Assembly: GCA_963774955.1 (NCBI GenBank)
Contig: CAVZGV010000005.1
Location: forward strand, 30,495 to 94,494
DNA: 64,000 bases
Direction of reading: 5' to 3'
From: Candidatus Falkowbacteria bacterium
Lineage (GTDB): Bacteria; Patescibacteriota; Patescibacteriia; CAIXNZ01
In this document: positions 30,231 to 39,825 of the stretch, one piece after another
Layout of the letters: each line of letters starts with the position of its first letter
How positions within the stretch are numbered: the stretch's first letter is position 1
The notes under the pieces: model-generated
Databases searched by the model: none
What the model was told of the DNA's origin: nothing
What the model saw: only the letters and a program-made list of their open reading frames with translations
Position numbers and translations under genes: made by a program

Positions 30231-31469
30231 TTAAAATTTATAGCTCAAACGGAAGATAAAACGCTGGTTTTGTTCCATGAATTCCCAGAAACTTTCTGTC
30301 TCGCCGCTAAAGTAATTGTACTCCAGCTGTAAGGACAGATTATTCTGAAAAGTATAGGCCAGGCTGGGAATTATAATCGTGCCCTCATTGGGAAAATTAT
30401 AAATCCCTTCAACCGCTGCTGAAAAGAAATCATCGCCAAAAATAATTTTGGCCGACGCTGCATTGGTGAAAAAATGCCTGATCCAATTGGGATCTTCTTG
30501 ACTCGGAGATTCGCCAATATACTGCATGGTCAGATAAAGATTATAATTGCCGGCCACCTGGCCGAAATTATAATCCCCGCCAACCACATACTGGCCATAA
30601 TCCTGATCCGGCATATCGGGGTAAACATAATAAGCACCTTCACCCCGCAAGACCAGCTGCCCGATGGAGTAGACAAATCCGCCGCCCAGAGCCTGCATCT
30701 GTTCATAGTGGTAAACCAAACGCAAATTCCAGGGATCAGACGCATCGACTTCAATGAACGGCAAGGCGTCATAGCCAGAATACAGCAGACTGACCAGCTG
30801 CAGATTTTCTTTTTGCCAGCTCAGCCGCAAACCAAACTGCCAGGGAGACTCATGCTGCTGCGGCAAGTCCTTATCAACCGGCAAATCAACCCCGTAATAA
30901 AAGTAACTATTTAGGGGCGGTAAACGGCTGGGAATAAAATACGGGACCACCACAGCTTCAATCTGCCAGTCAGCCGGGTAATAGGCAAAGGCCAGCAGAG
31001 GCAAACCGATTTTCCGGTCGTAAATCAAATCAGTCAGATCAACCGGGTTAATCAGATCGATCGGATTAAACCGATCAGTAATACCCCAGTTGATTTTCTT
31101 GATCCCCAGATACAAATCTGCCTGCGGCCAATAGCGCCGCAAATAGCATTCTTCCAGACTCAGATAAGGACGGTAATCCTGATTTTCAGCCAGGGCTCCC
31201 CGCTCCAAATCCAAATAATTGTATCTGGATTCCAATTCACTCTGCCATTGCCAGTCATCAGTCAGAAAGACTTTCAATTTCAAATTGACAATCCCCTCAG
31301 GGACATATGCCTGATCACGCTGACCAGCGGTCTGATCTTCGCCTGGCTGGGTATAGAAAAAGGAATTAAACTGTACATTGCCCTTGAGGCTAAAATCATC
31401 CTTTTCCAAAGCCAAAAGCTGACCGGGAAAAAGCAGAAGTAAAAGCATGATTATTATCTTTTTCATCAA
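30231..31469 (-). CDS. putative outer-membrane beta-barrel protein (DUF1302-like)
   Basis: signal peptide, 'GIKKINWGITDRFNPIDLINP', amphipathic strands, C-terminal RLSYKF beta-signal. Confidence 0.7.
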   Translation of the reverse strand: MMKKIIIMLLLLLFPGQLLALEKDDFSLKGNVQFNSFFYTQPGEDQTAGQRDQAYVPEGIVNLKLKVFLTDDWQWQSELESRYNYLDLERGALAENQDYRPYLSLEECYLRRYWPQADLYLGIKKINWGITDRFNPIDLINPVDLTDLIYDRKIGLPLLAFAYYPADWQIEAVVVPYFIPSRLPPLNSYFYYGVDLPVDKDLPQQHESPWQFGLRLSWQKENLQLVSLLYSGYDALPFIEVDASDPWNLRLVYHYEQMQALGGGFVYSIGQLVLRGEGAYYVYPDMPDQDYGQYVVGGDYNFGQVAGNYNLYLTMQYIGESPSQEDPNWIRHFFTNAASAKIIFGDDFFSAAVEGIYNFPNEGTIIIPSLAYTFQNNLSLQLEYNYFSGETESFWEFMEQNQRFIFRLSYKF

Positions 31470-31663
31470 TTATCCTCCCTTGATATCAAAGAACTTTAAG
31501 ATTACTTAGATTATCAGAATAAACTAATTTTGTCAACATAAATTAAAAAGGGCAAACTATCAGTTCACCCTTTTGGGGATTGCCAAATTTACTTAAAGAA
31601 CGAACGAATTTTTTGCCACAGTCTTTGACAGCACCAGCAATTTTGCCAAATATTTATTCTATT

Positions 31664-32146
31664 TTAAATTTTCCTGACCATAACCAAGACTTCGGGCAAA
31701 TTTTTATTATTCGGATATTTTTTTATTTTTTTAGCTACAAAACCGCAATCTTTATAAGTATTAACTGCCTGTAAATTATCAGGCCTAACCTCCAGATATA
31801 TTTTCCCAATCTTTTTCCGCTTGGCTTTTGTCAGTAATATTTTGATGGCAGTTGTACCGATTCCCCTGCCCCAATACTTCTTTTCACCTATAACTATTTG
31901 GGTCTCATACCATCCGCCTTTCCTGGCAGCTAAAGTAATGTGACCGACTGTTTTCTTACCATATTCAATCATGAACTGCCAATTTTTCTTATCTTCCAGC
32001 ATGTCCAGAAAATATTTCCGCACTTCAAAATCAGACAGTATTTTAAAATTGCCGCTGGTTACACTGATAAGTCCCCTATCACGCCACCACTTGAAAAAGT
32101 ATTTAATATCAGATGCTTTTAATTTTCTTAAATGAATTACTGCCAT
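31664..32146 (-). CDS. GNAT (RimJ/RimL-like) acetyltransferase
   Basis: 'IGEKKYWGRGIGT', 'DNLQAVNTYKDCGF'. Confidence 0.85.
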   Translation of the reverse strand: MAVIHLRKLKASDIKYFFKWWRDRGLISVTSGNFKILSDFEVRKYFLDMLEDKKNWQFMIEYGKKTVGHITLAARKGGWYETQIVIGEKKYWGRGIGTTAIKILLTKAKRKKIGKIYLEVRPDNLQAVNTYKDCGFVAKKIKKYPNNKNLPEVLVMVRKI

Positions 32147-32150
32147 CTAC

Positions 32151-32768
32151 TTATTTTAAATTTATTATCTTTTCCAACTCCTTAACAAATTTTTTCGTTA
32201 AACTGCTTTTACGATATCGCATGGGCATTTTTCGCCACTTTTTTATTCCACGCTTAGCAAATAATTTTGCTTTGGCTTTGTTTCCCATTTGAATGTAAAG
32301 TGTTGCCAAAGCATAATCAGAGCCATAGTGTCCCCTAATATGCTTGTAGGCAAGAAGATAAAATTTTTCAGCATTTTTTAAATCGCCAAAATTCCGATAA
32401 CAATGTCCGATATACATATTATATGCCTTATCATTAGAAATCCTGATGTACTTTTTAGCCAGGGAAAATGCCCGCTTATCCTTTCGCCTGATTAAAAATC
32501 TAATCTTGCCAAAATAACCGCCGTTATATTTGGGATACTTGTTTATCAATCGGTCATAAATGTCTTCCGATTCCTTAAGATCAAGTTGATCTTTATTTTT
32601 CTGACCACGTTTGTCTAATAATTCACCGAGCATTGATAAAACATCCTTGTCATTAGGATATTTTTCTAACCATTGCCTTAAAAGTAATATACCGGGAGTA
32701 TAATTATCCTGATCGCGATAATGATTAAATTTTTGATGTAATTTTTTAGCTGCTAATTTTTTATTCAT
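32151..32768 (-). CDS. TPR-like basic protein
   Basis: helical repeats such as 'IGHCYRNFGDLKNAEKFY' and 'LATLYIQMGNKAKA'. Confidence 0.65.
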   Translation of the reverse strand: MNKKLAAKKLHQKFNHYRDQDNYTPGILLLRQWLEKYPNDKDVLSMLGELLDKRGQKNKDQLDLKESEDIYDRLINKYPKYNGGYFGKIRFLIRRKDKRAFSLAKKYIRISNDKAYNMYIGHCYRNFGDLKNAEKFYLLAYKHIRGHYGSDYALATLYIQMGNKAKAKLFAKRGIKKWRKMPMRYRKSSLTKKFVKELEKIINLK

Positions 32769-32831
32769 ACAATAACTATTTTCTTAGAACTACTTATATG
32801 CTAACAAATATCAGGGTAAAGATAAACCATA

Positions 32832-33305
32832 TTACAACTTAATAATCGGGGTATAATTCCCGCCTTTTGAGGTAATCTTTGCCTTAAACGCCAGCCAAAT
32901 ACCCAGAGAGGCCTTATTATCTTTATGTATAGTACAAGATAAATATTTGAGGTTACTATTCTTAGCAATTTCCAATATCTGTTTAAAAGCTTGAGTTGTA
33001 ATCCCCATTCCCCAATACTTGCTGGCTAACCAGTAACCGACATTGGCTTTCTTTGTCCCTAAATTAATATGACTTAGGGAAATCATGCCAATGGCCCGGC
33101 TTTTCAACATAATCGTAAATATTTGAGCCCGGTTATTTTTTGCCCAAACAATATTTTTAGTCTTAAACTCTTGAGCAGTTATTTTTTTACCTTCACCACC
33201 TAAACTCTGATCTAATTTTTCATCAGTATTCAAAATACTGACAAATTGGTTTACCTGCCTGGCGTTAAGATCATGAACGGATTTTATCCGGATATATTTT
33301 AACAT
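32832..33305 (-). CDS. GNAT (RimJ/RimL-like) acetyltransferase
   Basis: 'NVGYWLASKYWGMGITT', 'DNKAS'. Confidence 0.85.
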   Translation of the reverse strand: MLKYIRIKSVHDLNARQVNQFVSILNTDEKLDQSLGGEGKKITAQEFKTKNIVWAKNNRAQIFTIMLKSRAIGMISLSHINLGTKKANVGYWLASKYWGMGITTQAFKQILEIAKNSNLKYLSCTIHKDNKASLGIWLAFKAKITSKGGNYTPIIKL

Positions 33306-33470
33306 ATTTGCTGCTAGTTATTGATTTAAGTATAATAATAAACCGGCCGAAAGAACAGACCGGGTTTGCTGACCATTATTAATCGGGAATGGTATATGAG
33401 TCAAGAATAGGATGAAACAGAGATAAAAAGCAAAAAAAGCACCGAGCCGAAGCCCGGTGCTTATAGATTA

Positions 33471-34304
33471 TTACCCGCCTATCTCAGCTAGTTTTTTTCG
33501 GTAAAACTCAGGGAAAACTTTCCGGAACGCAGGGTTAATGTCATCATTCCGAAAATAATTTTCCTGCAGATATACCAATGCTGCCATTCCTGGCTTGAAC
33601 TTTTCGAAAATGGCTCGATTGTTTACCCGAGGGCCGGTTGAAATTACGCGAGTCAATCCGTGTTTGCGCAGAACTTCAGCCTGGACATTCAAAGCCCGCC
33701 ACTCAGCGTCCCACCATTCCACCTGACAATCATATGAATTATATCCTTCCAATTCACACAACTTGAACCGCATGCCCGATTGGTGCTTGCCCATCCAGTC
33801 CTCAATGTGACGATTTTCATGCACCAAATATGAGGCCAAGAATCCTGGCCGCTCATTCTCAACGGAAAAATATTTGGGGTTAATGCCAAGGGCAAAATTT
33901 ATTCCGCTGAAAACCAGGGGACTGACATTTTCCTGACTCGTGTAAGCCGTTTTTAATTGCCTGGAACGAATCAAAGTAATTAAATTGGTTCTGGCGTCAT
34001 TATCAGGAATAGAATTGATAATTTCAACCAGCTTGTGCTGATCACTTTGCAACTCCTGGGCAGAATACAACCTCCCGACACTGGTGTCAGCCAGAATCAT
34101 CGTAAACTCATCGGAAGATAAATCTGCCACAGAATCATCAGAAACGGTCAGAACAAGGACAGAGCAGGCTGCCAGCAGAACCATTGACGTAAAGGCGATT
34201 GCCAGGCTCAACTTCTTTTTGGTCCACCAGCCTTGCTTATTCTCCGTGGCCATTGCCTTTTTGCCGGTCTTATTTTTACCCGACTTGATTCTCTTGCTCA
34301 TCAC
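33471..34304 (-). CDS. membrane-anchored putative zinc metallopeptidase
   Basis: N-terminal TM, 'LVHENRH' plus downstream 'DAEWRA' Glu. Confidence 0.55.
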   Translation of the reverse strand: MMSKRIKSGKNKTGKKAMATENKQGWWTKKKLSLAIAFTSMVLLAACSVLVLTVSDDSVADLSSDEFTMILADTSVGRLYSAQELQSDQHKLVEIINSIPDNDARTNLITLIRSRQLKTAYTSQENVSPLVFSGINFALGINPKYFSVENERPGFLASYLVHENRHIEDWMGKHQSGMRFKLCELEGYNSYDCQVEWWDAEWRALNVQAEVLRKHGLTRVISTGPRVNNRAIFEKFKPGMAALVYLQENYFRNDDINPAFRKVFPEFYRKKLAEIGG

Positions 34305-34458
34305 AACTACTCCTTTCGCCCGCTCGGGCTGCTATTTTGTTTTTGTAAAGAACTTTAACAAAGCGACGCTTACCTAATTAAACATTCAATAATATCAGGA
34401 ATTAAGACATTTGTCAATGGTAAACAAAAAAAAGCCCCTTCTCAGAGGGGCTTTAAAT

Positions 34459-34779
34459 TTAATCATTGTAAAGAGAAACGTAAGACCGAATCCTTTCCTC
34501 AGAAACCGGCATTTCGCGATCAATTAAGCAAGTAATTATCGCTTGCCGTAATTCCTGACCGACCAGCCGCTTTTCATCCGTCTCTTTGTAATTAATATCA
34601 GCGGCAATCTCATGGATCTCGGACAACACATTACCGCAATAAAAGTTTATCGGAGCTTCAGCTGTCGATACCATCGGCTTAAAGTTTTTGCAGCTGTCTT
34701 TGTTTTTAAAGACAACCCCCAAAATTAACCCAATGACCGATGCTAAAACTAAACTGGCCACCAATACGTTCCTTTTCAT
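34459..34779 (-). CDS. hypothetical exported protein
   Basis: N-terminal hydrophobic segment, strong SD, own promoter and terminator. Confidence 0.65.
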   Translation of the reverse strand: MKRNVLVASLVLASVIGLILGVVFKNKDSCKNFKPMVSTAEAPINFYCGNVLSEIHEIAADINYKETDEKRLVGQELRQAIITCLIDREMPVSEERIRSYVSLYND

Positions 34780-35051
34780 CTTCCTTTCCTCCTTGCCCGC
34801 TTTTGTCGGGCTTTTGATTTTAAAGACCTATTATAATTATAAATTACCTAAAAATTGCGGCAATGATTTATAAGGCAAAAAAGTGTTAAAAATAAATAAC
34901 AAAAAAGAGCCAAAATGCATTTTGACTCTGAAAATATTACTATATCCTCTGCGAATTCATGCAAACAATCGCTAACAAAGATATACACATAGCCTTTTTG
35001 TTTAGCTAAATAAAAAAACTGACATCAAGAGCAGAGCTGGTTAAAAATATA

Positions 35052-35657
35052 TTATTCGGTATAATTTTTCAATAAGCCCTCCAATCTTCTAAACTCGTCA
35101 TCCTCCCCCTTAATCGTCCAGTCAACATTTTCCGCCAAACGAGAGCATAACTTTAAAAACTCTTCCCGGCCAGCCAACACCGGCACGCCTAAATCATCGG
35201 CAATATTATGCAAAACTTTCAGAGTTACCTCAAGTTCACTTTTAGCCGTGATCTTTTCTATTTCCAAATAAGCCACGTCTTTAGCTTTGATCAGAGAAGC
35301 AATAATATCGCCGTCATAGGAAAAATTATAGCTTTCCCGTTCGCCTACCCGCACGTCATCAAAATCAAGGAGTAAAAATAATTTCACGAATCCTATAAAA
35401 TCCTGAGCGCTAATCGGCTGGTTTATTTCCACCCGATCTGCCGCATGCCAGTCTCCCTTTTTAACGGCAATTTCAGCCTGACCGTTAGTAATTCTGATTC
35501 TGACATCCACTTCCCCGTTGGCAGTTTTACCGAAAAACATAACAGACAGCCGTTTGGTTTTGGAAAGTAAAGGCCGTGACGCTGACAACTTCTCCAAGAC
35601 TTTTTCAAAATCACCCGACACATCCGCCCTAATTTCACATTCAATATTTTTCTCCAT
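35052..35657 (-). CDS. CYTH-domain protein
   Basis: 'IECEIR', 'VRIR', 'YLEIE'. Confidence 0.7.
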   Translation of the reverse strand: MEKNIECEIRADVSGDFEKVLEKLSASRPLLSKTKRLSVMFFGKTANGEVDVRIRITNGQAEIAVKKGDWHAADRVEINQPISAQDFIGFVKLFLLLDFDDVRVGERESYNFSYDGDIIASLIKAKDVAYLEIEKITAKSELEVTLKVLHNIADDLGVPVLAGREEFLKLCSRLAENVDWTIKGEDDEFRRLEGLLKNYTE

Positions 35658-35667
35658 ATTTATAAAT

Positions 35668-36072
35668 TTAATTTATCCGCAGCTTTAATTCCTTAACACA
35701 CAATTTCAAATAAGCCGCAGTTTTATAAGATCTTAGCTGATTCAGATTAACCCATGCATATTCACTGTGTTCCTTAGGGTTAACTTTAATATTTTTTTTA
35801 TCCGTCTTAGCCAGGAAAATTAAAGTGAAAAATTGTTTCTTCTTTTTTCTGTCGATGTTTGAATAACAATAAAAAAGCTTCGGATTCTTCAGCTTCAAAC
35901 CGGATTCTTCAAGCGCTTCCCGCACCACCCCATTTTCCGGGATTTCACCATCCTCAAGCGTTCCTCCGGGCAAATCCCACCGACCTTCCAAAAATACGCC
36001 TTTGGCTCTTTTTAATATCAAAAGCTTATTATTATTTATAAACGCAACATGGACAATAATTCCTTTATGCAT
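35668..36072 (-). CDS. NUDIX hydrolase
   Basis: '[10 protein letters not shown]...[10 protein letters not shown]'; likely start MHKG at 36072. Confidence 0.9.
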   Translation of the reverse strand: MHKGIIVHVAFINNNKLLILKRAKGVFLEGRWDLPGGTLEDGEIPENGVVREALEESGLKLKNPKLFYCYSNIDRKKKKQFFTLIFLAKTDKKNIKVNPKEHSEYAWVNLNQLRSYKTAAYLKLCVKELKLRIN

Positions 36073-36172
36073 ATAATTGATAATAATTATTTTCAATTTT
36101 ATATTTTTATAATATCACACTTTTTAACTTTAAAATAATATCAGATTACTACTTTTCTGCTATAATACCTTT

Positions 36173-36676
36173 ATGAATAAACGCCTACAAAAACAAATTC
36201 TTAAAATGGTTGCCAAGGATCAGGCTATGCGCTTTTTCGGGGTTTGGAATCCCAGGATAGACCATAAAAATACCAATGCCTTAAAAAATATTATTAAAAA
36301 GTATGGCTGGCCTGATATTCCCTTAGTTGGTAAGAAAGCGAGCCTGGGCGCCTTTCTTTTGGCCCAGCATGCTGATAAAGATTTAAAATTTCAAAAGCTA
36401 TGCCTGAAAATAATTACTGAAAAATTTAAAGAGCATAAAATGGAGCCGCAAAGCGTTGCTTACTTAACTGACCGCGTTCTAGTAAATTCCGGACAAAAAC
36501 AAATCTACGGCACTCAATTTTATTTTAATAAAAAGACCAAAAAGTTTGGACCGCGTCCAATCAATGATCGAAAAAATCTTTTTAAGCGCCGTCGCCAAAT
36601 GAAACTTGGTTCATTTTGGGCAAACTACAAACTGCTGCTCAAAAGGCACAGGGAGATACAAATAAAAAAAAGGTAA
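36173..36676 (+). CDS. DUF6624-like protein
   Basis: 'DQAMR', 'IIKKYGWP', 'LLAQHAD', 'AYLTDRV...QIYGTQ'. Confidence 0.7.
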   Translation: MNKRLQKQILKMVAKDQAMRFFGVWNPRIDHKNTNALKNIIKKYGWPDIPLVGKKASLGAFLLAQHADKDLKFQKLCLKIITEKFKEHKMEPQSVAYLTDRVLVNSGQKQIYGTQFYFNKKTKKFGPRPINDRKNLFKRRRQMKLGSFWANYKLLLKRHREIQIKKR

Positions 36677-36700
36677 ATCAATGGTTTACCCTTTTTAAAT

Positions 36701-36910
36701 TTACTTATTAAAGAACGAGCAGATTTTTTGCCACAGTCTTTGGCACCACGAAGGCTTGGGTTCTTCCTTTTCATCCGGGTCCTTGTCTTCATGACTTGAG
36801 CCACTGCCATAATAGCCCATGCGCTCGCGCCAGTGTGGCGCAGGATTTTCATTTACCCATCCGGTAATCGGATCATAATCCCTGGAGCAACCATCATCAA
36901 AATCACGCAT
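36701..36910 (-). CDS. small hypothetical protein
   Basis: AAGGAGGTG SD, 69 aa, amphipathic C-terminus, terminator downstream. Confidence 0.6.
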   Translation of the reverse strand: MRDFDDGCSRDYDPITGWVNENPAPHWRERMGYYGSGSSHEDKDPDEKEEPKPSWCQRLWQKICSFFNK

Positions 36911-36946
36911 GACGACACCTCCTTTTTAAAACTCTTAAAGACGCCG

Positions 36947-37603
36947 CTAAACCTTTGACCTGGTTTGGTCTGCCAATTTATCAACCAATTGATAAATATT
37001 TTTATTCTTCAGCCAGATATTTTTGATAGTTGTTCTCAACTGCGAATGTTCCTCATACCCTTTATCAGCACATTCCATTAAATTAAAAAAATCCTGATTC
37101 AAAATTTCGGTTAAAGATTCCTTGATGTCATAATATTGCTTCAAATTTAACTCCTTATTAAAGCCCTCACCAAAAGCATACCAGGTATAAAAATGCCATA
37201 ATTCATGCATAACCACCATTTTGGGCCGATCTGAATCTAAGCTGACAAAAAATAAATTATCTATCAATGAATAACCGCAACGGTCATTGGACGTTAGATA
37301 GGCGGTAATTTTATCTACCGGCAAGCTGATCTCAAAAATCTCATCAGCCCGTTTAAAAAATTGATTCTGAACTTTATCCCATTCAGTCTGGAATTTGGCC
37401 AGCTGGGCTTGAGGGTCAATTTTATTAATATCCAAATAATTTTTTATAAATTCCTGCAATAACACGTCATCCAACTCTTCCCCGTAAGTCTGCTGATAAA
37501 TAAAATGCTGACGAGAGGGTTTGCCGCCATGACCCAAAGATTTGGCAGCAATATGAAAATTGAGAATATCTTTTGATAAATTGTATTCAAATTGTATGGT
37601 CAT
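36947..37603 (-). CDS. putative zinc metallopeptidase-like protein
   Basis: 'MHELWH' and downstream 'KESLTE'. Confidence 0.55.
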   Translation of the reverse strand: MTIQFEYNLSKDILNFHIAAKSLGHGGKPSRQHFIYQQTYGEELDDVLLQEFIKNYLDINKIDPQAQLAKFQTEWDKVQNQFFKRADEIFEISLPVDKITAYLTSNDRCGYSLIDNLFFVSLDSDRPKMVVMHELWHFYTWYAFGEGFNKELNLKQYYDIKESLTEILNQDFFNLMECADKGYEEHSQLRTTIKNIWLKNKNIYQLVDKLADQTRSKV

Positions 37604-37609
37604 AAAGAT

Positions 37610-38212
37610 TTACCTATTTTTTTGAGCAATCATTCTGACAACTCCATGTTGATGAGAATCTTCATAGCCTGCATGACCAGGATCAGCAACAACCAATTCT
37701 CTATAAAAAATTAAATCGTAATCACTAAACAAACTTTTAAGCTCTTCGGCTTCAAAGTAGGTCTTATTAGCATTATTTTGATATGAAGGATCTTTGGTCG
37801 TAAATGCGGCAATAATCACATAGCCGCCTGATTGTAACCCGTTTTTTATATTTTCAATTAAGTTGTATCCGTCCGTCTTTGGGAGAAACTGCAGAATATT
37901 AAACGCGTTAATGATGGCAAATTTATTTTTCTCAATTAAATAACTAGAAACATTGCCACAAATAGCCTTTATAGTTTTGAGCCCCGATTCCACGGACTTG
38001 TCTTTAAGCTTTTTTACTCCCTCCTGAGATTGATCAACGGCCGTAACCTTAAAGCCCTGTTTGGCCATAAATGCAGAGTCACGCCCCTGGCCGCAACCCA
38101 AGTCTAAAAACTCAGCCCCCGGCCTAACTTTTTTCCAAACCATGCCTAATAGTTGATTACGCTGATTACCCCAAACATCGACGGTTTTTTTATAAATTTT
38201 ATTGTAGTCCAT
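37610..38212 (-). CDS. class I SAM-dependent methyltransferase (TehB-like)
   Basis: 'LDLGCGQGRDS', 'VTAVDQS', 'LQSGGY'. Confidence 0.85.
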   Translation of the reverse strand: MDYNKIYKKTVDVWGNQRNQLLGMVWKKVRPGAEFLDLGCGQGRDSAFMAKQGFKVTAVDQSQEGVKKLKDKSVESGLKTIKAICGNVSSYLIEKNKFAIINAFNILQFLPKTDGYNLIENIKNGLQSGGYVIIAAFTTKDPSYQNNANKTYFEAEELKSLFSDYDLIFYRELVVADPGHAGYEDSHQHGVVRMIAQKNR

Positions 38213-38216
38213 AAAA

Positions 38217-38645
38217 TTAAAATCTATCTATTTTCCTTGGATCCATTCCAATTTCATTTTCAATTTCAGAATAAATCTCTTCTTTGCTTTTACCCCAATT
38301 CTGCCGCTCAAAATAGGTATCGTAAAATCCCCATTTTTCTTTACCGCCCAGCTCGCGGTATTTTTTTATTAATTTATAGGCCAATTTAAAATAATCCAAT
38401 CGTCCTACATTGATTAAAATATTAGCAGCATAATAATAATCGTCCCTATTTTCCAACGCCTCATTCTCAATTAAAAAATAAACGATTCTAGCTCTTTCTT
38501 CGCACTCACCTTTAAACACATAAAACGGCAATTTATCTTCAGCTTCCACCAATTTGGGGGTGCCTTGTTGTTTTATAATTTCCTGACGTCTTTGCTGATC
38601 AAATTCATGAAAATTTTTTAAAAGTGTTGAAATAATTTTAGTCAT
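38217..38645 (-). CDS. hypothetical protein
   Basis: 142-aa ORF in a co-oriented run. Confidence 0.6.
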   Translation of the reverse strand: MTKIISTLLKNFHEFDQQRRQEIIKQQGTPKLVEAEDKLPFYVFKGECEERARIVYFLIENEALENRDDYYYAANILINVGRLDYFKLAYKLIKKYRELGGKEKWGFYDTYFERQNWGKSKEEIYSEIENEIGMDPRKIDRF

Positions 38646-38700
38646 ATATTTAAAATTAAAAAGGGATACTAAGCTTTGGCTTTTCTCCCTAAGTATACTT

Positions 38701-39663
38701 TCAGACTAGCAATTCGGCAATGGCCTGTGCGATCTGAAGTTCTGTTTTTAGTTGCACAAAATACCACTGCCCATTGGGATTAATCTCTAAAAAGATATAA
38801 TCCCCGTTCGGAGTGACAATCATGTCAATGCAGCCGAATTTCAAGCCAAGTGCTTTCATGTAGCCATGAATTTGTTCCTCAATCTGGACGGGCAAAATCA
38901 TCGGCTCCATTTTCACGTCAAAATCATTAAGCTGGGGCTTGCGGCGCCAATCCAAGGAAGTTGCCTCATCTTGTTGAGACAAGATTTTTACCGCGAATAT
39001 TTTTTCGCCTACCACTGTAATCCTAAGTTCATAAGCCTTAGGCACAATTTCCTGAAAAATTGACGGCGACATCTTTACGGAATCAATCTCTCTCATTTGT
39101 TCAGCTGTCACCAGATTTGTATAAATGACCCGGTTAAGCATGGGACTGGAAGCAAGTATTTTAACTATAATCCTGCCACCATGCTTGTCATAAAACTCAC
39201 GAACCTTTTCAGGATCTGAAGTAATACAGGTGCTTGGCACCATAAAACCATTTTTGACGGCTTGATCAAGTTGAAAAATTTTATTCTCAGCTATTTGTAT
39301 GGCCCAGGGATCGTTCAGCCATTTTTTATCACGACAAACACTCCAAATTGCCTGTCTTAAAATATGGAACTGACGATCAATGAACTGCCGGTGCTCCACG
39401 GGATTATAATTCAATAATTCCCTGGGCAGATGCGGCTTCATGTACCAGACAGCGGAAAATTCACTTAGGTCAAATGACTGACCGTCAATGACTAGTCCGA
39501 ACTTTTGCCTGCCATCAATAATTTCAAAATTCAAATACTCGCCAAGCAAGCATTTATCCTGCTTAAAAAGTTTTGCGGACGCACCAAGCTTTTCTAAGGC
39601 AGAAAAAACCGCTTGAAACGCTTTTACTTCATAAACGCCAGAGTTACCAATTGCTAAAATCAT
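38701..39663 (-). CDS. graspetide (MvdC/MvdD-like) ATP-grasp RiPP ligase
   Basis: AENKIFQL, IFQEIVPKAYELRITVVG, LDWRR, FGCIDMI, FLEINPNGQW; AGGAGG SD. Confidence 0.88.
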   Translation of the reverse strand: MILAIGNSGVYEVKAFQAVFSALEKLGASAKLFKQDKCLLGEYLNFEIIDGRQKFGLVIDGQSFDLSEFSAVWYMKPHLPRELLNYNPVEHRQFIDRQFHILRQAIWSVCRDKKWLNDPWAIQIAENKIFQLDQAVKNGFMVPSTCITSDPEKVREFYDKHGGRIIVKILASSPMLNRVIYTNLVTAEQMREIDSVKMSPSIFQEIVPKAYELRITVVGEKIFAVKILSQQDEATSLDWRRKPQLNDFDVKMEPMILPVQIEEQIHGYMKALGLKFGCIDMIVTPNGDYIFLEINPNGQWYFVQLKTELQIAQAIAELLV

Positions 39664-39684
39664 CCGCTAACCTCCTATTTAAAA

Positions 39685-39708
39685 CAGGGGGCAAATATTT
39701 GCCCCCTG
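39685..39708 (-). terminator. perfect 24-bp palindrome between precursor and ligase
   Basis: CAGGGGGCAAATATTTGCCCCCTG followed by TTTT on the minus strand. Confidence 0.7.
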
Positions 39709-39726
39709 GCTGGGTTGGAGCTGATC

Positions 39727-39825
39727 CTATGAAGCATCAGCACCGTCAATGTCATCCCAAGCGCCACTGGTTGTGGGGCTTACCGCTCCTTCACGCACTT
39801 CAAGAAACATGAGAATGAACGGCAT
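39727..39825 (-). CDS. graspetide precursor peptide MPFILMFLEVREGAVSPTTSGAWDDIDGADAS (32 aa, not in ORF track)
   Basis: AAGGAGG SD 8 nt upstream; PFILMFLE leader resembles microviridin PFFARFL; Thr/Ser- then Asp-rich core. Confidence 0.85.
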   Translation of the reverse strand: MPFILMFLEVREGAVSPTTSGAWDDIDGADAS

